A program made the translations under genes and the position numbers. Below the pieces are notes generated by a model. The model had not been told where the DNA came from. It searched no databases and was given only the letters and a program-made list of their open reading frames with translations. Positions 53,015-64,000 of a DNA stretch of 64,000 bases are shown here, piece by piece (the stretch's first letter is position 1; each line of letters opens with the position of its first letter). Origin of the DNA: Lingula anatina (lineage: Eukaryota > Animalia > Brachiopoda); assembly GCA_051362555.1 (NCBI GenBank), contig CM120649.1:18676567-18740566 (forward strand), given 5' to 3'.

Positions 53015-56000
53015 TAACAAGCATAAGGCTTCAGGCCCATGAGAGTTCAAGTTCACACTTTGAAAATGTATAACTTCCAGAAAAAGAAGCCAATTAGACT
53101 GCTTTTCCAACTCAGGCTGCATGCCAATTTTCGAACTTGACCTCCGTTTTAGTAAGATCGATTACTCCTGAGAGTTTCACGACAACAGGCCTATCGGTTT
53201 TCCTTGAAATGTGTTTACAGTGTTGCATATATGTTGAAAAGTGAAAGAAAAAAGCATAACTTCTACAATAATGGCCCGATCATCCTGATTTTCGAACTTG
53301 ACCTGCGTTTTATGAATATTCATCAGCTCTGTAAATATAAAGCCCAAAAGTAAAACTGCCTTCCACTTATCGTGTTTACAATGAAAGTGCAAGGTGCCGG
53401 CAACAGCGATGACGGCGACGACAGACGCAGGTGATGGCAATATGTACAGACACATCTGTACATATTTACTGTACTGTTTGAGAACAGTAAGTGACATGGT
53501 TTTTCTTAAATGGTCATCATGGGAGCAGTGCCCAAAATAGTTTTTTTTCAAATTTTGATGCAATATTACATAATGTTTAACAGCATAATGACCATCAATT
53601 TTTAATAATAAAATATTAGTATCATGGATATTCAGAAAATGTGACTAGCAAAGGTCTTTAGGCCCATGGAACTTCAAAGCCACAACTTGAAAATGCCAAA
53701 ATGTAAACAAGACAGCACTGTTCTGAAATGGGTTTATTTCCATTTTTAACAATTTTTAACATAAAACAAAATTAACAGTTAACTGCCATTTTTATATGAT
53801 CAACTAAGAAAATTGATGAGATGGGAAAAATATCAATAGAATAGTGTCAAATGTCCAATTTCCTCCATTCTGAGATTCTGAACATAGTGAATGATTCAAT
53901 CTGACAAACTGCAATGATATGAGTTTATTTCCATTTTTGAAACTTTATTACACAATACACAATAACAAGTTTAACATCATTTTTACAAAATCAACTAACA
54001 ATGTAGTAAAGATGCAGGAAATGTCAAAAAAACACTTTTACATATCTTATAAATTAAATAATGAAACTGTTAACATGCCTAAGAATTGAATCTAAGGAAA
54101 TGTAAAAAACAGCATAACTTCTAAAATAATGGCCTGATTATGCTGATTTTTGAACTTGACTTGCGTTTTAGCAGGATTGACCACTCCTGTGAGTTTATTG
54201 ACAATTGGCCTATCTGTTTTTCTTATATTGTGTTTACAGTGTTGCATATATGCTGAAAAAAGAAAAAAAAGCATAACTACTAAAATAGTGGCCCGATCAT
54301 GCCAATTTTCGAACTTGACCTGTGTTTTAGTAAGATCAATTTTTCCTGTGAGTTTCATGACAACAGGCCTATCGGTTTTTGTTGAAATGTGTTTACAGTG
54401 TTGCATATATGCTGAAAAGTGAAAAAACAGCATAACTTCTACAATAATGGCCCGATCATGCTGATTTTCGAACTTGACCTGCATTTTATGAATATTCATC
54501 AGCTCTGTAAATATAAAGCCAAAAAGTAAAACTGCCTTCCACTTATCGTGTTTACAAGGAAAGTGCACGGCGCCGACGGCGACGGCGACGACAGACGCAG
54601 GTGATGGCAATATGTACAGACACATCTATATATATTTACTGTACTGTTTGAGAACAGTAAGTGACATGGTTTTTCTTAAATGGTCATCATGGGAGCAGTG
54701 CCCAAAATAGGTTTTTTTCAAATTTTGATGCAATATTACATAATGTTTAACAGCATGATGACCATCAATTTTTAATAATAAAATATTAGTATCATGGATA
54801 TTCAGAAAATGTGACTAGCAAAGGTCTTCAGGCCCATGGAACTTCAAAGTCACAACTTGAAAATGCCAAAATGTAAACAAGACAGCACTGTTCTGAAATG
54901 TTTTTTTTTTCCATTTTTAACAATTTTTAACATAAAACAAAATTAACAGTTTACTGCCATTTTTATATTATCAACTAAGAAAATTGATGAGATGGGAAAA
55001 ATATCCACAGACCAGTGTTAAATGTCCAATTTCTTCCATTCTGAGATTCTGAACATAGTGAATAATTCAATCTGACAAACTGCAATGATATGAGTTTATT
55101 TCCATTTTTGAAACTTTATTACACAATACACGATAACAAGTTTACCATCATTTTTACAAAATCAACTAACAATGTTGTAAAGATGCAGGAAATGTCAAAC
55201 AAACACTTTTACGTATCTTATTAGTTTAATAATGAGACTGTTAACATGCCTAAGAATTGAATCTGAGGAAATGTGAAAAATATGCTGAAAAGTGAAAAAA
55301 CAGCATAACTTCTACAATAATGGCCCGATCATGCTGATTTTCGAACTTGACCTGCATTTTATGAATATTCATCAGCTCTGTAAATATAAAGCCAAAAAGT
55401 AAAACTGCCCTCCACTTATCGTGTTTACAAGGAAAGTGCACGGCGCCGGCATCGGCATCGGCATCGGCATCGGCATCGGCATCGGCATCGCCATCGCCAT
55501 CGGCGACGACAGACGCAGGTGATGGCAATATGTACAGACACATCTGTGTCTGTACATAAAAACAGCATAACTTCTACAATAATGGCCCGATTATGCTGAT
55601 TTTCGAACTTGACCTGCATTTTATGAATATTCAGCAGCTCTGTAAATATACAGCCAAAAAGTAAAACTTTCTTCCACTTATCGTGTTTACAATGAAAGTG
55701 CACGGCGCCGGCGATAGCGACAGTGATGGCAACGACGGCGACGACAGACGCAGGTGATGGCAATATGTACAGACACATCTGTACATATTAACTGTACTGT
55801 TTGAGAACAGTAAGTGACATGGTTTTTCTTAAATGGTCATCATGGGAGCAGTGCCCAAAATAGGTTTTTTTTTTCAAATTTTGATGCAATATTACATAAT
55901 GTTTAACAGCATAATGACCATCAACTTTAATAATAAAATATTAGTATTATGGATATTCAGTAAATGTGACTAGCAAAGGTCTTCAGGCCCATGGAACTTC

Positions 56001-57240
56001 AAAGTCACAACTTGAAAATGCCAAAATGTGAAACAAGACAGCACTGTTCTGAAATGGGTTTATTTCCTGTTTTAACACTTTTTTAACATAAAACAAAATT
56101 AATAGGATACTGCCATTTTTTATATGATCAACTAAGAAAATTGATGAGATGTGAAAAATATCAATAGAACAGTGTTAAATGTCCAATTTCTTCCATTCTG
56201 AGATTCTGAACATAGTGAATGATTGAATCTGACAAACTGCAATGATATGAGTTTATTTCCATTTTTGACACTTTATTACACAATACACGATAACAAGTTT
56301 ACCATCATTTTTACACAATCAACTAACAAGGTTGTAAAGATGAAGGAAATGTCAAACAAACACTTTTATGTATCTTATTAGTTCAATAATGAGAGTGTTA
56401 ACATGCCTAAGAACTGAATCTGTAGAAATGTGAAACAAGACAGCACTGTTCTGAAATGGGTTTTTTTTCCCATTTTTAACAATTTTTTTACACAAAACAA
56501 AATTAACAGTTTACTGCCATTTTTATATGATCAACTAAGAAAATTGATGAGATGGGGAAAATATCAATAGAATAGTGTAAAATGTCCAATTTCTTCCATT
56601 CTGAGATTCTGAACATACTGAATTATTGAATATGACAAACTGCAATGATATGAGTTTATTTCCATTTTTGATTCTTTATAACACAATACACAATAACAAG
56701 TTTACCATCATTTTTACATAATCAACTAACAATGTTGTAAAGATGCAGGAAATGTTAAACAAACACTTTTATGTATCTTATTAGTTAAATGATAAGACTG
56801 TTAACATGCCTAAGAACTGAATCTGAGGAAATGTGAAAAAACAGCATAACTTCTAAAATAATGGCCCGATTATGCTGATTTTCGAACTCAACCTGCGTTT
56901 TAGTAAGATTGACCACTCCTGTGAGTTTAATGACAATTGGCCTAACGGTTTTCCTAAAAATGTGTTTACAGGGTTGCATATATGCTGAAAAGTGAAAAAA
57001 CAGCATAACATCTACTATAATGGCCCGATCATGCTGATTTTCGAACTTGACCTGCGTTTTATGAATATTCATCAGCTCTGTAAATATAAAAGCAAAAAAT
57101 AAAACTGTGTTCCACTTATCGTGTTTACAAGGAAAGTGCACGGCATCGGCATCGGCATCGGCATCGCCATCGGCGACGACGGCGACGACAGACGCAGGTG
57201 ATGGCAATATGTACAGACACATCTGTGTCTGTACATAAAA
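53015..57240 (-). repeat. Tandem concatemer of a DINE-1/HINE (Helentron-associated)-like element
   Basis: ~1.1-1.4-kb AT-rich units with TTTCGAACTTGACC subrepeats and (GGCATC/GGCGAC)n microsatellites. Marker ACAGACGCAGGTGATGGCAATATGTACAGACACATCT occurs five times. 14-bp-stem hairpins at 55529-55558 and 57208-57237 are followed by A-tracts. Confidence 0.75.
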
Positions 57241-57844
57241 AAAATAATAATTAATTTCCTCCAAGCTTTCTCCCAAGGTTACTGTACCCTGCCAACCTTA
57301 GTACTGTAATTTCTCAAAAATTTTGAATAAAATTAATACATGAATTTTTTCAAACACAATTTTGTTTACAAATCCTATCATGCCGATCTTAAAAATGTAC
57401 ACAGTAAGTAGGAATCAAGTCTGAAAATTTCCATGCTGGCAACTACAAATTTTATGAAACATGCAAGAAAAAAGTATAAGAAGTCACGTGTTGGGATTTT
57501 TAGAGTAGTTGTTGTAGCTTCTGAGGAATCAATACATTCTAAGTGTTCTTCAAACCCTAACGCACTGCAAGAGGAGACTGTTAATAAGGTAATAAACTGT
57601 GTCCACGCTGCGAGCATTTTAGGGCTACACTTTTTTCTCTAAGAAAGGATGAACACTGTAATGTCATTATATCTAAGAGATTATTTGTTTGTAGTTTCTC
57701 AAGGCATAGAAAGTAGACTGTCAATGCTTTTAAGTCTAAAATATGGTTAATGAGTACTTTCCAAGGTCATGCTGATAACGTGCTGTTTCATGAATGCTAG
57801 TATAACATACTGTAATATAAAGATATTGTCAATTTGTTTGAATT

Positions 57845-57895
<51 letters not shown>
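57845..57895. repeat. (ATTT)n microsatellite
   Basis: Direct inspection. Confidence 0.9.
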
Positions 57896-60630
57896 CTGAA
57901 GTTATTCAGTCAGCTTAATCTAAAAGTTTCATTTATGTTTCAGGCCAGCAAATCTCTTCGCTAAGAACTAGTATTTCAGTACAAGTCAATGTCCTGCATT
58001 CCTGTCCCTTGGTTCTCAATAAATAACCATGCGACCGGTGCAGGGGGGGATTCATTCTTTATTGAATTACATTTCACAGTTTTAGGGAGGAGATTTGAAT
58101 CAGATGCAGAAATCTGTTGGGAAAATGGCAATACAGTATAACATTAAATTGTCCCCTGACAAATCAAGTAATTACTGTTCTTATTGAATAACCTTTGGCA
58201 AACTGAAAATAGGTACATATTTCCGTCCATTTCCTGATGCCATCTAAGCCTATGGCCAGTCCCTGGGGTCTCATTAGTTGCCAAAAATATTAATAAAAAT
58301 ACAAATAAAGATCTGCAACCTAATGATGTAATAACCCCGCCCCAAAGAAAATCTTTCATAATGACAAGATCTAAAATCCTTTCATCAAATTAATCAGCTC
58401 ATTATCTTCATTACAGTTTCTGCACTCCTTCTTATATCCATCGCATCTATGATACAAAACTAAGACGATGATTTATTTGGCTACATGTACCTTTTCCGAC
58501 AGGGGACCACCAACATGTGAAGCCTACTGAGACAAAAAGAAGACATAAAATAACAAAAAAGCTGTCGAATTCTATAATCATATCAACCAATTCATTATTT
58601 TCACTGCAAACTCTTCTCAAGCATTCTCCCGGGTCTAATCCTTCATTGAACAACTGTTGTCGGAGACGAGATAAGAGAAATAATGAACATGATCTAATGA
58701 ATAAACTTCCAATAAATACATGATGTAACACATCTATCTTATTAATTTAGGTTTTCTAAATGCCAGGTGACATTTTATCTGTTGTGTTTCTTTTCACATC
58801 TTTAAAGGGGGGGAAATAAGGACGGATCACAGTTTTCATCCAAATGTCAAAATGTGTGAGTGTGTCTTAGAAATACAGCTTGCAAGAAATTTCCTCAGCT
58901 GTTTCTGATGAAAAGATACAAAATCCTATTTCAGATATCCGATTAGTTTGGAATTTCTATTTAAAAAAAAAATCTGTAGGCAAATAAGAAACAGCTTCAA
59001 GGTTGAAAATTATTGTTGAAAGGTGTTATTAAAAGAAAACTGATATATCAACATTATCTTCTCTCTCTCTCTCTCAATACAAAGTTAAAAACTGTAGGTG
59101 GGTGTGTTATTCAAATAAAAATAAAATTGTCCACATCTTCATTCTCTTTCTCTCTCTTTTGTCTATCTGTCTGTATGTCTTCATGTTTCTCTCCGTCCAT
59201 CTCCTTGTCTGTCTTAACACAAGAGTTGATATGCTTGTATTTTGCACATTTAGTATACCATAATACCAAGCAGTCTTTATATTAGCAATAATGACAGCAA
59301 TTCCCAGTGATGACGGCCAGCGATGACAGTAATCATTAGCAGCGGTGATCAGAAGGCAGTTCCCGAGCTTAAGTGAGCAGATGATTACTGCTGTCATGTA
59401 ATCTGTAAAGTACAGCTCACTTTTCATCTCATTTTCTTTGAACTTAATTGTTCATTTGCCAGCTGTCAACTGAGGTAAACAACTGTATTTTTAAGGTTTA
59501 TATTCCTTCATTTTTATTTTGTTTTTATTCATTGTTTATTTTTAATATTTTTATCTATTTTTATGCTGAAAAGAGGATGGTTGTTGTTTGACAAAATTTG
59601 TTCCGTTTCAGACAGTATCTGTTTCTTATTAGATAGCGTACAAAAATGGCGTAAGATGACACGAAGTCATTTTGTGACTGAATGGGACAAGCAAACTGCC
59701 AAAATTACTAACAGAACTTATTTTTTGGAGATAAAGTCTTTTTAATCTTTACTTGAGCCATCATGGCCAAGTTTCATTTCACAAAGTTATTCCGGTTAAA
59801 CTTTTAGTCTGCTGAGACTAAACCAACTCGATTGCCTTTCACAAAGAATTAAAAAAGGCATTAATCTTTATAGTTCACAAGTATCAAATATTCACAGTTC
59901 TATGCCTGTGCCCTCACCAGCCAAATGTATTCATCACATCTATTAATTGCCTTGTAGGCTTCAATTAGGCATATCAACAGAGGTGTCAATATAGTATAAT
60001 AAGCCAGTTAAAACACTATTGGAAATGACTTATCATTATCTACAATTTTCATCAAAAAACAACAGGATGGTGCTTTTTAGCAGAAAATAATCATTAGAAT
60101 GTGTCACTTACTAGCTGAAAGTTTAAAATTAAAGATCAAGATGCCCCAAGTGAAAAAGTTTTAATTTTTGCCATAATTAGAAGTCATTATAAAGCTATGA
60201 CCTTGCCACCTGGATTGATGGAACATCATATTTTCAAGGTCATCCTTCTCCCCCCTCCCGCCCTGCAATCATTTATCTTCTGGGTTTAATTTCAATTTTG
60301 ATGACTGAACTTAATTTTTCCTTAAACAGCCAATTCTCTTTCAATGGACAGACAGAACTTCCTTGTCTGTAGCAAACCACTCGGCTGCCATGAACTGAAC
60401 TGCTAATTTTCTGATTTCTGCCCTAATCCTATTTGCCTTCATGAATAATTCAACGCACAAGACAGTTCAACAGTTTCTTCAGTCTCAGAGCCCATAATGC
60501 CACATATAGCATACATTTTGTACATAAACTCCAAGACCATTATACACTTCTACTTCAACTAAGTATTCAGTACAGACTTGGTAATTTTTCACGGTATAAA
60601 TGTTGTTAACTAAAGAATGTTTTAAAATGT

Positions 60631-61090
60631 TAATAATAATAATATTTATTTCTTATATAGCGCATTCCATTTTTTACATTTCAATGCACTTTACAAATAA
60701 TTAAAAAAGTCTAAAAATAACAATACTAAAATACTTTTAACATTTACTGATAAAATTAATTAATTAGAGAAAGCAGAGAAAATTTATTGATATAACTTTA
60801 AAATACTACTAAAATTAACCCAAGCTCACTCTTAATAAATGATAAACAACTAAAAGGCTTAAAGGAACACTAACCATAAAATTCTTTAAAAAGATGAGTT
60901 TTAAGACAGGCTTTAAAAGTATTATAGTCACTTTCAGCTCTGATACTAAAAGGCAATTTGTTCCACAATTTTGGAGCATAAACAGTAAAAGCCCGGTCTC
61001 CATAGAATTTGTTGCATTTTCTGTCTATTTCACAGTGATTGAGTATAAAATTGTTTTCAAAAGAGTTTCTTGTTAACCTGCGTGGTTCAG
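60631..61090 (-). mobile_element. 3' fragment of an L2/CR1-clade LINE
   Basis: ORF 60870..61199 contains YGDRAFTVYAPKLWNKLP..IR......FKACLKTHLF, typical of the L2/CR1 ORF2 C-terminus. Minus-strand tail GCGCTATATAAG-AATAAA-(TTA)n at ~60631-60663. Confidence 0.8.
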
Positions 61091-62347
61091 ATGACTGAAA
61101 ATGTTCTCTAACGGGCAGAGTTATTATTGTTGCTACAGACAGATTCAGCGCCACTGCCTGCAAACATATGACACCAAATACAAAACTCAAATTACACAAA
61201 TACCCTGTCTCCCACCACCCAACTCCCGATTAAAAAATTTAATAATATTTTCATAACTTTTATCAGAAAGTTTAAAAAAAGTTCATCTTAAAATCAATTC
61301 CACTTTTTCTATGAGTTGTTAAGTTGGTTAGAGACAAGAAAGACATTTCAAGCACCTAAACACACCCCTGTAAAAAGCACAGGTAACAAGATGACCACAT
61401 CTGTTTCTCTGCAATTTCAAGTCTCAACCACTGTACTTGTGTGTATGGAAATAAACAGTAGCATTTGTATAAAATAAACACTGGGGTACCTAAGTATAAA
61501 AAAAAATTGTACTCAGACGCTTATATCCCTGTTGACATACAATGGTTGGCTTTTGAAGTTGTAACAATTGGGATCATTTTCACTTGGAATCGGTCTTAAC
61601 AGCATCGCCTTCTCCCTTCCCTCATCCCCCATTCCTTCAAATAAACTAGTCCCCCTGGGTCAACTTTAACAGCATTAAGTGTTCCCGAATCCCAGCATAG
61701 TCTTATAAAAGTACTCCCAATACCTAAATCAATACTTGTCAGTAAAGCACTCTTAGTTGTTCCTGTAGGCAGATTTACAAACATTCCACGCAGGATATGT
61801 TACTGATGAGGCATTTAAAACATTTTTTTTTTCATTTATGTCAGAAAACAAAAGGTATAATTCCAACATGCTGATGTGTACTGTAGGTCAATACAGTTAT
61901 ACAACATGGCATGTTAAGAGGAAACGAGCAGTTCTAAATGATGCCGTGCGTATTGCGAACGCCCACGAGAGGTAATAAGCTGTAGAAAAGTGCCAGACAA
62001 CACTTTAAGCCAGATCTACATGACATCCCCCTGTGCTTTGCTATCCATATATATTTACACTAGGACAAAATAAAAACGTCATGACTTCCCACATTACTTT
62101 ATTCCACCTTTCAGCTGTTTCGATCAAAGGCTCTTAAGGGGCAGAAGTTCCAAATAACAATTTTATAAAAAAGAAAAGGCTGTGCTATTGTATACATAAT
62201 ACATAACAAGCCCACAACCAGCAATTTCAAGAGGGGGGAGGAGGCTCTTTTTTCTGAAGAAGTGAACCTTTCAGCATGAAATCTTCACATTCCTTAATCA
62301 AATTTTACCGACAGTGGACCTTTTCCTGGCAAAAAGGGCGTCTCGTT

Positions 62348-62463
62348 CAAGCTTGCCGTCTAATCCGATAATAGACACTGAACAGATATCTCGTGGGGAC
62401 GTATTCAAGTGGGTCGGCAGTATTTGACCCTCGGACTAGTTATTCCCTATTCTGAATGGGGCC
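62348..62463. mobile_element. MITE family B, right-half fragment
   Basis: AAGCTTG.CGTCTAATCCG...ATTTGACCCTCGGACTAGT...CTATTCTGAATGGGGCC matches the right half of family B. Confidence 0.7.
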
Positions 62464-63914
62464 AAAGCAGCAGCAGCCCAGCTCTACTACACCAACAGTA
62501 GTTCCTATCCTGATCAATACCCTCCAGTCAAGTGACATGTGTAAGTAAGTGAAGGGCCACTTATAGCCAAGAACCAATCATCTATTTATGTCATTTATTT
62601 ACCCATCCGTTCCTTTATCTCAGGCGGAAAATTGTCAGACATGAGACCAATCTTGGGTCGCTGGATGGATGGACGTTTTGATTCCACCAAGGATTTTATG
62701 AGGCTGTGTTAAATTCAGCTGATATCTTAGACTTACAAGACACGAGGATTTGCCAGATTTTATTTTATCCAGGATTCTGCTGATCTATGTAACATTGGCT
62801 TAACTTTTGACAGTAGCAAGAGTAGTTTGTGTCTGGCGAAGGATGGTAAAATAAAGAAACCATTTCTAAAGAGAATGTATGGTAATGACTCCATCTTTTC
62901 AGTGGGGAAATTTGTGAATTTTACAGATTTATAACATTTTTTAAGTCATAAGTTCTTAAAATTGGAACATTCCTGTCGTATGGTAATAACAAAGTAGTTC
63001 TATTCTCTACAGTTAAATTACTAAAAGTGCTTTCAAAATGATTTCAAAATTATTTACATCCTAAAAACTGATATTTATTTCCCATTGAAAAAAATTGAGT
63101 CACCACCACCAAGTATTGCCCTGGACAGACAGAGTACAATATGGTGGTCCTTTAATTAATATGCCCATTGTGCAGACTGCACATTTATTGATCAATTAGA
63201 TAAATAAAAGAAGGAAATACCAATAGTGGTTTCTTTTAAAGACATTAGCTGACTGGTTGACTCTGTTCAATTTTCTCACAAATAACTCTTATTACTTGCA
63301 TTAAGTGAACTCATTTTCATCAAAATTAACAGAAAGCTTTATTCTTAGGTATGAAAACATGTAGATCTTTCCGCACAATTTACTTATCACACTTTAACAG
63401 GACATAGTGTATTGAAAAATATTTCTTTCCTTAGGGCAAGTAAAATCATAATGTATATGATAAAAGGCAAATCTTTAGCTCTTTCTTTCTTTTCTTTTTT
63501 ATCCTTTCATAAAAACAACCAAAATCTAGGACATGCTTTGTTGGAGAAAAAGACATCTTCACTAATTTCAAAGAGGACGATTTACGCCAAAGGGTCTCAC
63601 ATGGTATAAGTACCTCAATCACTCTTGTTTCAAAAACAACACCAATCACTGTCCATCCTTGGCTTCTCCGTAATTCTATTCCACTTTGATCTGCTTCATC
63701 CTAAAATCCTTTTGACATTTTTCTTTCTTCCATCTCCTCAGCGACAGATCAATCTTAGACAGCCATGAAAATTGGGTTTATTAAATGGGCTTTATTTCTC
63801 CTGGAGGTATCGAATGATGTTACGACCTGACAAAGAGTGGATGTGATACACTGGAGAACATTAATCTTACAAGAAGGAAACAGCAAGGGGGAAGTTCTGT
63901 GAGTGTATGAATGC

Positions 63915-63916
<2 letters not shown>

Positions 63917-63967
<51 letters not shown>
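63917..63967. repeat. (GT)n microsatellite
   Basis: Direct inspection. Confidence 0.9.
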
Positions 63968-63968
<1 letters not shown>

Positions 63969-64000
63969 CTGTTTGTAGGAGCAAACGTACCCATAAATAT

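Noticed and set aside
53177-57276. Repeated ORFs beginning MCLYILPSPASVVA (97-177 aa)
   Set aside because: They are translations of the non-coding repeat unit. Frames and ends differ between copies and no domain is recognisable.
58491-58516. ...SPVGK / MLVVPCRK before a gtacat donor as possible CASK exon 1
   Set aside because: No similarity to the conserved FEDVYELCEVIGK, the donor is misplaced for the GK frame and the start context is weak. True exon 1 is probably beyond 64000.

Overview
AT-rich animal genomic DNA, probably from an invertebrate, with many microsatellites and MITEs. The window is an internal part of a large minus-strand CASK (LIN-2/Caki) gene. Nine GT-AG exons (48108 down to 19297, 1081 nt) splice in frame. 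They encode almost the whole atypical CaMK-like kinase domain ([16 protein letters not shown]), the regulatory/CaM-binding segment and the start of the first L27 domain. Exon 1 and the PDZ/SH3/GUK exons were not found and probably lie outside the window. The introns hold several MITE families (3-bp TWA, 5-bp and TTAA target duplications), a ~4.2-kb concatemer of a DINE/HINE-like element and an L2/CR1 LINE 3' fragment. The most interesting signals are phase-compatible candidate alternative exons: a terminal exon giving a kinase-only CASK ending -ITDCV*, an internal MSSEG first exon, a two-exon N-terminus with a hydrophobic signal-anchor-like segment, and an 81-bp duplication that copies a splice acceptor. 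All of these come from reading the sequence by eye and need RNA-seq confirmation.
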